Shown: positions 32,709 to 48,060 of the stretch, piece by piece
Layout of the letters: every line of letters starts with the position of its first letter
How positions within the stretch are numbered: position 1 is the first letter of the stretch
DNA from: Tubiluchus corallicola
Lineage: Eukaryota; Animalia; Priapulida
Reading direction: 5' to 3'
Assembly: GCA_030141605.1 (NCBI GenBank)
Contig: JAQGDQ010001133.1
Location: forward strand, 1 to 60,225
Length of the DNA stretch: 60,225 nt
The notes under the pieces: generated by a model
Databases searched by the model: none
What the model saw: only the letters and a program-made list of their open reading frames with translations
What the model was told of the DNA's origin: nothing
Made by a program: the position numbers and the translations under genes

Positions 32709-33867
32709 GAATCTCCATAGTAACAGTTTTGACGCGGTTCAGCTATAATACAGTTGTTAATGATTTGACACTGTTCCACCAGACTTTGGGGCAGGTTTGT
32801 GGCTCGAGTAATTTAGTATTTATTTCTTCATATAGTCTTCATATTTTCTTGATATTTTCTTCATATTTGGCGTTTTTTAAAGAATTTTTATAAGTATTCC
32901 TACATCACCTGTATTTCTCCCAAGATTCAGCAGTTTGATGCAGTTTGTAGTATTTATGTGATTTTCTTTTAGATTTTCTTTATTTTCTGACGTAGCTGTT
33001 CATCCACAACTGTGGCAGGTACAAATGTTTTGGTGCGTTATCCCTTCTCAAGGTAGTATATGCATTAGAAGCCACAATATATTAGACTGTAGTTCAACAA
33101 GCTAGACTACTTTCTCTACTATGACAATGTATAGGTGGAACTTGTTATGTACACACGTCTCTGTTATATTTCAAATTTGACTTTTACTGACCTTCTGGCT
33201 TTTTCTCGACTCAATATTGGACCAACAATGTATGAATGCATTTTAGCTTTTTAGTGTGATGTAGTAATCTGTAGCACTTATTTTCTAGCACTTATTTATG
33301 TAGTTTGTAGATGTAGTAATTGTAGACTACAGAAAATTTGTATTTTGCAGAATAAACTAACATAGATATGGGAACGCAACTTTGGTTTGAGCGTATACCT
33401 TACAACAACTTGTCCCAAAGCTGAATAGTTACGGTTCTATGTGGCACATAGTCATCCATCAAATTTGACAAATTAGTGATAAAATTAGCACAAACAGAAT
33501 CAACAGTTTCATTTGCAAAAAGTAAATTCCAATTAGCAGCATGAATAGCTTGATTTAAACCTCACCAGTCTGCTCTATTATAATAGAAAATTTTTCTTTG
33601 GTAGGAAGCTGCAGTCGGAAGATGTTTTATAAGCATTTCACTATAAATAGAGTTACGATCAGCTGTATATATAGGTAACATGACATCACTCTCTCTTATT
33701 AGCATCAGTTAAAATAAGGTCAATCAAAGAGCAAGACACATCTGAAACACGGGTAGGATGTGCTACTAACTGTGAAAGTTGATCCTGAAAACTAAATGCA
33801 TATATAATTTCAAACCAAAACGATTTTCCCTATCAGGAGGGTACCATATTGCACACTTGGCGTTAAA

Positions 33868-33913
<46 letters not shown>

Positions 33914-34087
33914 ATAGACCAATATTATTAGGCCTACAATGAATTCATTTGCATTAAGATCACTGAAGTGCAGATAATAACAGCATTGTTACTAACTAAG
34001 GTGCAGAAGAGTGGCTTCGTATAACATGCTTGAAGGACACACATGGATTTGGATTGGGTGATACACCCTAGCACCACTCGATGATTG

Positions 34088-34430
34088 TTAACAATCCGGG
34101 TTTTCTAACTCATTCAAAGTACTGATTCTACGTCTCTGAGCAGTGTGAGTCGCTTTTACATAGACTTTGCCATCCAAGGTCCAGCTGTAATTTTTTTCCT
34201 GTTTAATCAGCTAAACAGCTTTCTTAACCAGACCTGCATTGTAGGCAGATAGATCCTCTCTAATCGCAACTGATAGCATTATTCCTTTCACGAGATCTCT
34301 GAAGTGCTTTTTAGAAGCTGGAACAACCTGCCTTTTAGTATTGTAACAAATATACTTACACAGGATAGGGCGAAGTTTAACTCCATCAATGTCCTCACCA
34401 TTCTCAGGTTTATGGCCTATCCATAAACCT
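34088..34430 (-). mobile_element. CR1/L2-type LINE ORF1 C-terminal fragment
   Basis: Hand translation IGHKPENG...LRPILCKYICYNTKRQV...IREDLSAYNAGLVKKAV*LIKQEKNYSWTLDGKVYVK...ISTLNEL carries the RPI / EDL / WT.DGK pattern of L1-transposase-like ORF1, with one stop. Confidence 0.7.
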
Positions 34431-35509
34431 ATCCTTCACTTTTAGCTCAAGCTGCATACGTTTCTGGAAAGATGCCCGACGTTGGTGACACTTATTATTT
34501 CATCACGGTTTTTTTTAATTATTGGCTGCACAAATATGTTTATGACCTAACCGTGCTGACGGCTTGAATTTTCCATAAACCTAGAGGACTTCAATACTTG
34601 GCCCAGACCACTAAGTGCTTTAGCAAGTTCCGCAGTCGTCTACATTGTACGAATACACCTTTCAAAACTTCAAAGTGTAAATGACAAAACTGGGCACGTA
34701 AAAAATAACAGCCCACAGGAGTGATAAACTATGACACCATAAGGCGAAATAAAATGTGTGACAGCATTATACTAATATATTTGCTAGGCACAGAAAAATT
34801 TCTTACTATATCAAGACTAGATGCAGAAAAGACCGAGCCAAGAGAAACTCATCTGCACGTGGCAATGTGTAAAGCTCGAATCCCATCACTCCTATTGTCG
34901 TTGTATATATTGTTCACGTGATACTAATATGATATCAACGAAAGTTTGAAATAAAGATGCAAATCAAATCAATTCTTCCTTTTTAACAAAATAATTTAAA
35001 GCAATTTTGAAGAGCGAGTTAAATAAAAAGTTTCATTTTCAATGATAAATCTGACTGTGGTCATTCATTATGCTAAGCCGCGAAGTACAACTGATAATAC
35101 TAAAATCATTTTTGCGACATTCATTAGCACTTAGGAAAATAGACTAATGCCTACTCTAAGTAAGCAGATCAGAGAAGGGCTCGAGTTAAACAAATGTCTA
35201 TCCAGTACAAAAATACATTTTTTACTATTTTTTATTAAAATTAGAAATATTAAATTTCCAAAATAAGTTAAATAAAATGAATCTTCAAATAAGAAAATGT
35301 TTCATGTGGCATTGTAAAATATTGTTATTGATAAAATTAAGTAAAGCAATTTCTTTTCTACACTCATGTGTAGTTAACATTATAAAGTTGTGGAAAAACA
35401 CGTATTTAGTCGTTGATATGATAAAATCTGCAGAAAAGGAATCCTTTTTTTGAACGAGATAGTTAAAACTGGTTCTTGTTGTCGCTGTTGATGTTGGTAC
35501 ATTGCATCA

Positions 35510-35592
35510 TCATTTGACTAAATTAAACACAAAATCTCCGTAGTAGCCTGAAGTATCATCCTGTAACCGAGAAAATGGGTATTACGCTTTTT

Positions 35593-35690
<98 letters not shown>

Positions 35691-38600
35691 CTCTCTTTCT
35701 CTCTCACTCTCTCTCCCTCTTCTTCTCCCTCTCTCCCTCTCTCTCTAACTCTATCTATCTTCTCTCCCTCGCTCCTCTTCCTCTCTCTTGTTTTTCAACT
35801 TTAAATTGTAAAAATAAGGAAAGTCTAAGCTCAACTTACTGCCAATATTTGTAGCTAATCTTGATAAACTAACGTTTCGAGCAGTCTTAACTAGATTCCA
35901 CAGTTAGCACGAACTGCCCCGTCACTTTTACACAACTACTGGTGAACAAAGCCACTAAGGACAGCCTCAGTGTTGCTTAGCTTTAGTCAAAAAGAATACA
36001 CTCTTGGCTATTTAGAATATCGCGTTTTATTTACATTATGCCTGTACAATAGCAAGAATCTATTGTGAATATGTTAGACCAATTCATGCAGAGTGCTCAA
36101 CGAAATAGATAGCATAGCAAGGTTTGAATGTATTCTTAATAATATTTGAGCCCATTCTTGCAAAGAGTCTACATACCGCAACAGCTGCATCCAAATAGTA
36201 CCCATAATTCTTTTTAAACGCTTTCTTTACGTTCACCATGTTCTCTTCACAGCAGGTGCAAACAACCTGGATTAGCTGGGTGTCATTCGTGGATGCTCCA
36301 TGTACGGCATCATAAATTCGTCTGGCAAAATAACTGTGTATGTCTCTCGCGATTTCAACTACAAAATTAAATATGAATGACTAAAAGTAACGTTTGGAGT
36401 TTCCGACTTGTAATGATTGTACATTGTTAATACTTCAAATACAAAATTCAAATACTTGTTATAATTGGGTAAATCAGCTAGTTTAACGCACTAAATGAAA
36501 GAATGCACTGCCGTATTGCTAATATAGGTGTTCTAATAACTGAACGAGATAAGTTATTCCATATAATATTCAACTGCATCCAGAACACAGTTTAACATTA
36601 TTTTGAAAAACAAACTAAGGCCGCCATTGAGCATGTATCTGCGCCTACGCCTCTGGTGGCGAAAATGCCATACTACAGATGAAACTTGGCAAAATGCCCA
36701 AGGGGAAAACGATTGTACACAACACTTGTTTGAGTATTTGTTTACATCGATAAATAGCGATCAGCATACAATACCTTTACGAAGTTTATACCTAGTGATG
36801 GTATTACGATAAAGATTAGTTTATTGTGAATTGATTGCGTTATTTGCTAGGTTTTTGTCTTTATTGTTCTTATTGAGTAACGGTCGTGGAATGTGTTACA
36901 CTAGGATTCAGCAATTAGACCGGATGCAGCAGTCAGACGGAAAGTATCGAAATACGAAGCCAAAATATAACTTTTAGTTTCCAATTAGCAACAGAAATTT
37001 ATTGAAGCAATGAAAGTGCAATCTAAAAACCTGGATTCACTCCTACAACCCCCTGGGATAGTTTCTCGGCTGTTTGCTTTGAATCGTGAGTTTAGAATGC
37101 GATAATCTTTAGTATTAAAAATATTGTGCTTACACTTCTAAGAGATTAAGTCAGATGCAATTTTTTGTAGTGTCTTTCTTGTTTCATTTTAAGCCCAAGT
37201 GCATAGTTTATCGATGCAATTGAGTCATCTCAAGATTTGTGTACATTTCAATAAAAATATCACAATTACATTATGTAATTGCGTTAAAATTTTATTTATG
37301 ATGCTTTTTACTAATAAAATGAAGCTATCACTAAAAATTATCACACTAGGATTATAAAGATGCTTCAGTGAGTTTCTCTGTGTTTGCAAATTCATTAATT
37401 CTTCTAGCAGAATGAAGTTACTATATCAGACAAGCAAAGAACTTTTTTACCAAAACTTTTACAGCATAGATTGCAGACGATGTTTTCAATTAGTGCCACA
37501 AGAATTTTCACAATATGCTGTAGGCCTGGCCTACTTTTGCGCAATGATTGTTTACACTCTGTTAGAATATACTATAATAGACCCAGGGGCGTAGTGCAGC
37601 AAAAAAAAATTAGGGGGGCCCGACTGCATATAATGGCGGAACTTAACTGTTTAAAAAACGTATAATTTTGAATTCCCACACCAGTATTTTGCGTGCAAGA
37701 AGAACGATTTATTTATTCCCAACTGGAATTTAACTTAAAGCTATAGCTACAGAAATTTAATTAAAATTAAAAATTAATTTAAAATTAAAATTTGATTAAG
37801 TATTTATTAGCTGTCAGAAATCCAAAGATTCGATGAAAGAGTCCAGAAGAAGTCATATAACAGTATACTGAGTGAATGCAGTTTGTGTTGACATGTTCAG
37901 GAACAGAGTCTGCAGTGACAGCTTGAGTGAACAAGCGGTACTCCAACTCGAGGGTTTCTTCATCGAGATCAGCCATGTAGAAGGTACAAAAAGTCGTGAC
38001 TTTCTCCATCTTGACATTAGATTCAATCAATAATCATACCTATGTGTATATATAATCGCATAACATGCTACAGTGCGAGATTTCACCGTTCCTCAAAATT
38101 TTACACCTTATTGGTTTCATTACAAGCCGCCGACACCCTTAAAATTTTTGACATTTTGTAAACAATTGGGGGGGTCCCCCCCCCGGGCCCCTATAGCACG
38201 ATGCCACTGAATAGACCTATAACTTTCAATGGCAGTAAAATACATATTGCTTTTTATGAAAACATGTTAACGAGTGCAGCCAGTGCAACGACAATCGTTT
38301 CTACCAGCTGACTACCTATCCGAGCCAAGATCAAATGCTGTAATGTAGTAATAACAGCTTTGTTTTTAGCCCAGCTGTGTACGGCAGTATCACAACAAGC
38401 TGCGGGTACACTCTGTTACGTCATCAGCCTGAGCTGCGCTAGTTCAATTTCTTCACCGGAAGAGACATGGTGCAGCACAGTCAACGTGTCATTTATTTAA
38501 CTTACTCGTTACATTTAATGTGTTCAACACGTGACATTAATGTTAAAACACTGTCTTGTCATTTCTACCTACTTACCATATACCAAAAGTGTTTCCTGGT

Positions 38601-41600
38601 AATAATAGGAAAAGTTGACTTGCATTCTAATGTCTTCCTCGATTGGGCGTTTATGGTGCTTTTCCCATGCGACGATGCAATGCCTTATGTGATTTAAGTT
38701 CCTGCAGGAAAATAATGCACCCAGCAAAGTCGGATCCCAGTGATTCACAAACAGATCGATATCTTTTCCCTTGTCCTCCCAATGGCCAAAGGAAGGAGCC
38801 TGTAAACAAAGGAAGTGTTTTACACTGAAAAAGGTTTTATGCAGACTTTCAAATTTCACCTACAATCAAGGTTTGCATGTACAAACAATATGGACGGGAG
38901 AAAAACTAAAGTGGTGCAGTTAGGAGTAATTGAACTTGGCTGGGTGAGAACAGCTCTAGTACTCTCTCAGTAAAAACCTTGGAAATCATTTTAATCAGCA
39001 TTTGCTTTAAGTCGTGCGTTTTCTGCTCACGCAAATTTTCTAATCATTATCCTATTAGGCCAAAAAAGACGAGACATGCAATGCATTTCAGGACATTCAA
39101 GCACAAGTGCCTGTTAAAAAATCAAACATAAGGCATAAAACATGGGCTCAAACTATAATAATTATGATTCGTACGTACAACAAAGTAATACGACAGTAAC
39201 TCCATAAAATCTCCTGTTTGTATATCCTCTTTGATACGATCTCTAAACTTCTCCTTTCCACCTAAAAAGTGTAAAAACAATGATTATTCCATGCCGGTGT
39301 CAGTTAAATAGATAAAATGCACTAAAGCACATCTGAGAACTGCACAATGCATTATGATAAATAGATGGTAGATGAATAGATGAATATATGAATAGCAAAC
39401 TCAAGAAAATTGGCTAGCTCTGAAAACTGTTGGACATTTCAATGCTAATAGATCTACCACATTGAAACATCAATGCGACTCTCATCACACATCTTCGGAA
39501 TTTTTCAAGGCGATATTTTTCAGAACCACATATGTGAACTAAGGGGATACTACGAGATCCTTTTTTAGACACTGACTGTCTCAAATCTGTGGCCTAGAAG
39601 GCCTTTGTGGTGCATGTGGACATTTTTTAGACAGGCAATTCAATTTTATGGTTTTAATATGACATTGTCGATAATCATATGTACATGTTTTAAGTTATCG
39701 AGCTACTTATGTATATAGTTTCCACTTTTTGTAGTTTCCACATAGCTTTAAGAAAACCTTAGGCTTTGGCTCAATATTTTATGCTTTTTTGTTTATGCGA
39801 TGCACTTCCTATCAACCATTAACACAATTTTCTTTAAGGATCGATGGTTTAGGAGGTACAAATGATCTTTGGTCTTGACAGTCACAATCTAGACGAAGAG
39901 TAAATCACTGACGTTGAGTGTAAATGCAAGGATTGGTACTGACACATTTAATACAGTAACCCACTTTTAACAGCAAAAAAGTGGTGTTTTTAATGACAAA
40001 ATGATAGCATTGTGACGCCATATTGGCATCACACTTAAAAATATCAGCATTTTTGAAATCCATTTGTTCACTTTTTTATTATTCACTTTTTATTCACATG
40101 TTATTCACTGTGCCTGAGACCACATTTTAATAGAATTTGAATAGAAAAATCTTGTTGCAATTTCTTCTATGTACAATTTTACTAGGACTATTTCGACCTA
40201 CTTATAAATTTCCTCGGTAATTAATAATAATTATATTTTTGTGGTATTAAGGACCCCCTGAAAGTCTGAAAGTCATAGGAATACACCTACCGAAGAGTGG
40301 ATAAATAGACTCTAGTTCTTCAAGAGATCTTGTAGCGAAGATCTCAACCAATGCAAACTCATCCGTGCCTGCACCCTATACAAACAAACTGAGTAATGAA
40401 AAAATCCAAAGATATTTGGGCATTAAAATATCAGCCAAACATTGGCTACACACAAAATGCATTTGACATGCATGTTGTAAAAATTGAAAGTAATATGAGT
40501 AACGTGCATGTCAAATGTCAAGACACGGGGAATACACTCATGTCCAGGAACAAAATTAGTGAGCTGCCACAACCCTTCCAAAGTCCCTTTGCTCCAGAGC
40601 AAAATTGGACTTTTGAATCTTGCTAAATGTGCTAACTTGGCTGTGTTTAGCTAGTTTGGCTTACTTGTACTTGGCTGTTAAATGCATAATCTGGAACGTT
40701 AACGTACGTCAAGTGCCCATCTAATGAACATTGCATCTCGTTCATGTGGTTTCATCATCCGGCAATTGATGAGCATTCTCATTCTCCATTCAACTGGTTC
40801 TTGAAAATCGTCTAGTATCCTCCAATGGCACCCCTGAAATGGAGGTCAATATCATTTAGTATGTAATTCTGTAAACAATAATGGTTCTTTTGGTGTACTC
40901 AAGATAAAGTTAACCTACGATTGTTCTGCGACAATTTACAAGTGAAAATGCATCACAGAATTTATACCTACAGCGGCTACATAGAATCAAAGCAAGAGAT
41001 CTGAAAAGACAAGAGTGAAAACTGATATTCTTCACTCGCTAAGGTCTGGTTACCAATTTTTGACTACATCAAATCAAATCAAGTTCATTGTTGTCTATAA
41101 TATTTCAGAAATGTATACATATAATAAATATATACAAACATAATTTGAGTAATAAACACTGTTAATAAAGTAAATCTAATGTCAGAGATATGGGAGCGAA
41201 CTGACATAAAAAGTCATCAATTCAGCTGCCCTTTATTTGGCAACAAATTAGGTTAATTTGGACACTGGTTAACATGGCAGATAAATAATGACGTAAGGTT
41301 GTTTGTTTGTTGATAATCATCTGTAAAACCATCTGATAATCATTGTTTTCATCTGTAAGTAGTTTCCATCAAAATTAAATATCTAAATAAAGCAAATTTA
41401 AAAAGAAGGTGAAAGGAAATAAAATTTGTAGTTTTGAGAAGAGCTAGTATGACCTTTACAAGAACTAGAAACACAATTTCATACAACAATAATAATAATG
41501 TTAACAATATTCTACATACAACGCCATTATTGTACAGTAATATAATATACACAGTACAGTACGCTCCTTTCGATTACAGATTAATATCATAAAACTTATA

Positions 41601-42542
41601 TTATCAAAGCAGGTTTTAAAGTTAAATTCAACCAAATTATAGATAGAGTATAATGGATAACGTCTGAGCAATAGCTATATGATAGCAGCTTTCTAAGTGA
41701 TAATCTTCCGAAATGAAACCCCCAATAAACTCGTAGGTGCACCTCTTGGTGGAGGCGTCCTAAACTGCGACCCACACCATCTTGTAATATATCTCCTTCC
41801 CCGAGAGTCCCGCCAAGCACCACTACTATGTTTTTGCTATAGGCTGTTTGATAAAAAATTGGAAAAAATCGGGACTTGGTTCCGGAAAAACGCCCGTCAA
41901 GAGTCACCATGGCCCATGCGCGAATTCTAAGCATGCCAGATTTATCCACCATTGAATGGGCTGTCAAACTGTTACCAATGCCACCCATGGCCCATTCCCG
42001 TTCACCAGAAATAAGACGTATAAGTTTTACAAATTGCGAAAATTTGTCAAAAAAGGGTGTTTTGGAGTTTTTTGCCCTCATAGGGCGGATTCGAAAAACA
42101 TGGGCCGTAGTGCACTAAATGAGACAGACACTAGACCTGTCGGTCGACGATCTTCGAAAATGGTGCCCTCATTGGAACTTTAGACTTGAATTTTATATAT
42201 AAAAAATATATAAACCCAATAACACCGAAATTAATATATACGACGTATTACATTTTTGCAAAGTGGGTTGAATAACGAAGAAATAAACCATTAAATAATG
42301 AATATATGTCACTTGTACCAGCCATTGCACACACTAGTATAGTGATGACATGTACCTCTTTATACATCTCATAGTAAGCGTCTTTGACTCTCTCTATTTG
42401 CTCTTGGGTCCTGGTTGATAGTATCGCAACAACTGTGGCTTCATCAGTTCCTATAAATTCACCAGTTCATGTTAAATTATTGTTTTATTGCTATAGTTCT
42501 GTTTCTTCTGCCATAACTTTATAAAGTTACATTTTCTCTCTT

Positions 42543-42576
<34 letters not shown>

Positions 42577-42581
42577 CGTCT

Positions 42582-42615
<34 letters not shown>

Positions 42616-42922
42616 TTCTTTCTCTCCCTCACTCACTCTCTTTTTCTTTGTTACCTGACTGCCTGATTACCGATCCCCATATCTGTTATTGATTCTGCCG
42701 AATTGTCTGTATTTCTGTCTGTCTGCTGTACTGCTATAATTTTAATTTCTACCTAGAGATTAGGGTATATTCGTATGCAATAAAGAACTCACCAGGTCCT
42801 GTTACTGCCCAAAACAGTTTTCTTGCATCCTCATGAGGACTATGATTTGGAAATGGCTCCACAGATCCTTCTGGTCCGTCATGCACAAAAATTATGTTTC
42901 TTAACCTCCGATTAGGTTCCAT
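35510..42922 (-). CDS. Annexin copy C, 8 exons, 324 aa
   Basis: Exons 42793-42922, 42356-42450, 40708-40833, 40291-40375, 39179-39261, 38577-38799, 36177-36358, 35510-35560. All GT-AG and in frame. Confidence 0.92.
37584..38209 (-). mobile_element. Internally deleted hAT transposon in annexin C intron 6
   Basis: TIRs CAGGGGCGTAGTGC / GCACGATGCCACTG (11 of 14 match) and 8-bp TSD AATAGACC. Internal ORF 37785-38030 (FYMADLDEETLELEYRLF) resembles a hAT transposase segment. Confidence 0.85.
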
Positions 42923-43136
42923 TGAGTATCGTTTATATGAAATTAAGCTCGCTAACAGGTGGCGTACCCTAAAACAATGTGTTCAAGCTGTTAACAATGT
43001 TTGAGTGTTTCACTTAAATTTGTAAATTCAAGCTTTATATCGATTTTCTGACTGTTGTACACGGAAGTTTTGATGACACTTTTTGTCTTTTGCTGTGAGC
43101 CGGAATGAAGCAAACAGTAGCAACTGTTAAGTGTGT

Positions 43137-43187
43137 GTAACTAAGCAACGCTTAAAATCGATGTCTTACAGACTATAGATGGCAGCA
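43137..43187. promoter_or_regulatory. Conserved upstream motif pair of annexin C
   Basis: GTAACTAAGCAAC at 43137-43149 and TAGATGGCAGCA at 43176-43187. Confidence 0.45.
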
Positions 43188-43418
43188 CGGATGTTTTGAT
43201 GATGCTTTTGTTCTTTTGAAATGAGTCGGAAGTAGCAACCAGTAGCAACCCTTAAAAAGTGTGTGTAGTTTATTCCTGTAACTTTTTCAAATCTACCTAG
43301 AGTCGTTCAGGCTGTAATTTTAGATTAGGTTAAACTTGAATTATTTATACGGGCTTCATTCTAAAGTAATAAATTCCATCGTCAGCTTTGTACAGGTGAC
43401 CATTTGACGCTTGCTACT

Positions 43419-44885
43419 TGCGCGTCATATATCTAGCATTAGTACTCTGTGCTTATTGTGTTAACTATGTGATAATGTTAATACTTTTCTGTAATTGGTT
43501 GTTCTTCTGAGTTCTATTTAATGTTAGAGCTGTGATAAAAAGTAATAATGTAAATGCGCCAAATCATGTAAGTTGCAATAAATTATATTTTGGGTGGCCA
43601 CTCTTTTAATCAAATAGTGGTGCGGTTTTTCTTACAAAGTCATGAATTAATCTAAATTACATACTTCAATAGCAGCAAAACATTTTAATTAACAACTTGT
43701 GGGAGTAAGCATTATGCACCTTTTTCTATAAAAACAAATTTGACTATATATATTTCCACGTATTTTTCTGAATTCTAATCAACAAATTAAAAACCAGGCC
43801 GATGTCTCTCCCACAAACTTCTGAAAAAAAGAGCATTTTTCACATGGTGCCTCACACCGGTTTTGCTCAAATTAAATCCGTAAATATTTAAAGTTTGGGC
43901 ACTTGATAAGCTGTTTAAATCTTGCAAATTTTACTGCTGACCGAAAAATTCTTTGCCCCCGGGAGGGCGCTTTATATTTTTTATAGCCAGCATTATTTTA
44001 TATTTTTTATAAATTATATGCGCTCGAGTCAATTTCTACCTTTTATTTTCAGCCTCGCATAGTGTATAGTCTGATAACATATTTTATTTTACAGCTTATT
44101 TTGCTGACAGAAATTTTTTCAAAATGTTTACGAGTTTAACTATGACGTTTTGCTGTGCAGATTAAATCTGGGTCATTTTTGTTTATAGCTGTAGCGTAGC
44201 ACACCGGCTCCAAGGTCAAGGGCTGGAAAAGTCTAAGCGTTTATACAGCACGTAACTAACTAGAACTAGAAATATTCATTTTTGTTTGATTGCATATAGC
44301 ATGTGTACCTTTTAGGGTTTGATAAAATTGATTGATTGTTAAACGTGACCGTTTATCTTTGTGTCCTAATCCCATTACTTTACAGCATACGTCTATACAG
44401 ACTCGTAGTAAAACGGCTAAGGTGGAAAAGGCGTTAAAAAATACATGTGAATGAGGAGACGAACATCATCTTTCTGATACTGAAACTGAATTTGAGACAG
44501 AAACTTTGGATCAAAATTCGCCTGTTGATTCGCTCCCCTCAGATTGTTAGGGGTTAGACCTAAGAAGCCTGTTGTTACTGTCACAACTACTGACACGGTT
44601 TTCATGCTAGCTTCGGCAACAGTGGCTAAACATGTAACTACGGCGCCACAGCTACAATTACTACTACGGCTATGCCAATTCCGATCATGCAGCTGCGATA
44701 AAAATCGAACCCCAGCAAGTGGCAGCCAACGCTAGACTTTCTTCTTTTATGCTTATCCGAGCCAAACAAATTTTCAAATACAAAAAGATGAATTAGAAGC
44801 CAGCACTCTTATCTCAGCTTCTTCTTGTGTTATCTCAGAAAACCACAGTCAATATCTGCAGCGGGTTGAAACTTGCTTATAGGGC
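43419..44885 (+). repeat. Left arm of long inverted repeat
   Basis: Reverse complement aligns with 58563-60225 along its whole length, with scattered substitutions and indels. Confidence 0.93.
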
Positions 44886-45535
44886 CGATTTTAGCCTAAG
44901 CGAGACACGAGGAAGTGAGGCCAAAGTTGATTACAGGTGCAACATTTGAGAAAAGACTAGGTGTAAGTACTGGGATAACTCGAGGACATTCTTGTAACTG
45001 TGATTTCATTGTGAATGTGAAGCTTCTACATTTGTCTCAATTACAATAGATGCCTCCGAAACAAAATGTCCAGAAAAATGTCTGTTTTGAGACCGCTCAC
45101 CGACTGACTGATCTACCTGCTACCCAACTAATCAACCGACTAACCAACATATTTAATTTCATTTAGGCTAATACGACTAACTAATTAACTGGCTAACCGT
45201 GTGACCAATTAAAGATTCACCTGAAGAAAGACGACTATGACAAGATATGTGCCAATCAAAAAATTTCATAATTTCATAATTTCATAAAAATGGCTGACTG
45301 ACTAAACAGCTAAAAACACAATTATATATTTTATTTGTCATCAGTAGGTGACTAATCACCTCAGTATTTACAACCCACTTCGTCTGTAACTATAATTACT
45401 TCTCAAATTAAGTCCAGCATGTGGTCACTAGTTAAGACTACATTAAACTTTCACGGCCCGTGAAAATTCCTTAAAATTTTCTGCCTTAATAAATGTCAAA
45501 TCACGACCAAATTGCATCCTAATCGAGCAGTAGGT

Positions 45536-46328
45536 CTACTGCTAACTGTAAATGAGTTTCTTGTCCAAGTGTCCAAGTGTCCATGACGTATCCATTTTAC
45601 AAATATTCTACTGTTAACATCAGATTTATTTTAGGCCTACTGCTAACTGTAAATGAGTTTCTTGTCCAAGTGCCCATGATGTATCCATTTTACAAACATC
45701 CTACTGTTAACATCAGATTTATTTTGGGCCTACTGCTAACTGTAAATGAGTTTCTTGTCCAAGTGCCCATGATGTATCCATTTTACAAACATTACTACTA
45801 TTAACATCAGATTTATTTTGGGCCTACTGCTAACTGTAAATGAGTTTGTTGTTCAAGTGCCCATGATGTATCCATTTTACAAACATTCCTACTATTAACA
45901 TCAGATTTATTTTAGGCCTACTGCTAACTGTAAATGAGTTTCTTGTCCAAGTACCCATGATGTATCCATTTTACAAACATTACTACTATTAACATCAGAT
46001 TTATTTTGGGCCTACTGCTAACTGTAAATGAGTTTGTTGTTCAAGTGCCCATGATGTATCCATTTTACAAACATTCCTACTATTAACATCAGATTTATTT
46101 TGGGCCTACTGCTAACTGTAAATGAGTTTCTTGTCCAAGTACCCATGATGTATCCATTTTACAAACATTCCTACTATTAACATCAGATTTATTTTAGGCC
46201 TACTGCTAACTGTAAATGAGTTTGTTGTTCAAGTGCCCATGATGTATCCATTTTACAAACATTCCTACTATTAACATCAGATTTATTTTGGGCCTACTGC
46301 TAACTGTAAATGAGTTTCTTGTCCAAGT
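45536..46328. repeat. 94-bp minisatellite, ~8.4 copies
   Basis: ctactgctaactgtaaatgag... starts at 45536, 45637, 45730, 45824, 45918, 46012, 46106, 46200 and 46294. Confidence 0.96.
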
Positions 46329-46896
46329 CTGGTGCCAACTGGAAATGGGATATGGTGCCGTTATTATATTATATAATTATAAACATTAGGTTAAAGTCAT
46401 TTTATAGCACAAAACAACAAAACACTACCAAATTTATGATTTTCCAAAAACAGCAAACAAACCGCACAAATAAACGTACATGGATTTCTGTAAGATTTAT
46501 AGAAATAAGGCTCGAATTCTTGTACGTTTGTCTACTATCCGGGTTTCAAAACAAGAAAAACAATTTAGGATGATAAAAATTTAATCAGACATCCATCAGT
46601 AAGCAGTGAAAGCTGCAACATCTCATTTAGTTTGCAAACATTTGTGAGATATAAACCACTATCAAACTTTTTATAACAATCACATTTTGGTTAAAAAGCG
46701 TGCATTAAAATCACCTCTGTTAAAAAGAGAATATGGCTATTAGCCCAGAACAATAAAACAAACAGTAAACTGCAATAGAAACAATATGTTCATAATCCAA
46801 CGATAAAAAAATCACAAAAGAAGGTATCAATAATTATCTGTTCAAGATTTATAACAGCACTAAGGTTTCTACCCATATATATAAGAGAACGTCGTC

Positions 46897-48060
46897 TCAA
46901 TTCGTGCTAGGTAACTCGTTTCTAAAGGCTGTTTTGATCAAATCGTTGTAAATAGTTTTATTACAGAAAGTCTTTTGCATAGGAGATGGTAGGTTAAAAC
47001 CAGCGATTGTAAAAATAGGATAGCGGTCGGTGATATCAGTAAGCAGTATACCAGGTTTGTGATGGTACTGAATGACGTTGGTGAAAATGTTGTCGATAAT
47101 TGTGGTTGAAAAGTTGATATTTCTTGTAGGACGTGTTATTGTTGGGAACGTGGAATTGGTAAACATTGAACCTAGAAAGTATTTGGTATCTTTGTGGGTT
47201 TGATGAATAATAAAATTAATATTATAATCGCCAGTGATGTATAATGTTTCCCTTGGCTACTGACTTTGGATATTATGCCTGAGACTTTATCTGTAAACTG
47301 TAAAGGACATTCACCTGGAGGACGATAAATTGAGCCGATAACTATGTTCTTGTCCTGATTCATAATATCTCAACAGAAATGGCGTCGATATCATTGTCAG
47401 AACGATTTAGATCATTAAGAACAATAAATGGTAAATCCTCTCTAACGATTGTCCTATTAATGAATGAAGACCTGTAGCCAGGTAAGTTAATCGAAGAACC
47501 AGTGTTATCCACGAGCCAAGTTTTAGACAGGGTAATTATGGAAAATTTTGTGCTCAACATCTGTAGATGAGCTAGAAAATGATCAAAATTTGCATTTATA
47601 CTTCTAATATTTAAATGTATGATTGATAAAGGGTTGTTGTCTGGCATATTGTAATTGTTACGAAACATTGAATTGAATTGGTCGATATCATAATATTTAC
47701 TACCATTTGGAATATTCATCTGTTAAAGAAATTTGTATCGGGGTTGATTTTGTCTAGGTATTCAGTATTATGATTGATTAGGTTGCTATTATCGTCAAAT
47801 AAATTTAATTTAAAGGCATCACGGTCGATTATGTTAGCAATATTTATATACCTGGTGGCCAGAAAAAAATCCTCATCATCAAGAATCTTATTAAAAGGAA
47901 ATATGTCTGCTAAGCAGTTATGGCAGAACCAGGCATTACTATCATGAGATAAATTAATAAAATCAGAGATTGTTAGATGAGAACATTTAAGATGGATCCA
48001 TGACTCACAACAGTCACAATATATTCCATTCTGATTAGTTTTGACAGGTTTAAAGTAGAA
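46897..48060 (-). mobile_element. CR1-clade LINE ORF2 5' fragment: PHD finger plus APE endonuclease, frameshifted, no RT
   Basis: IYCDCCESWIHLKC...WFCHNCLADIFPF (PHD); HLNIRS, LSKTWL, GSIYRPP, TRPTR...IDNIFTN, TDITDRYPIF (endonuclease motifs). Confidence 0.88.

Noticed and set aside
38800-38859. Upstream acceptor extending annexin exon 6 by 20 codons
   Set aside because: In frame only in C; out of frame in A (59 nt) and contains a stop in B.
41596-42183. 161-aa and overlapping ORFs in annexin intron 2 as a nested gene
   Set aside because: Frames are not preserved among the three paralogous copies; better explained as a repeat remnant.
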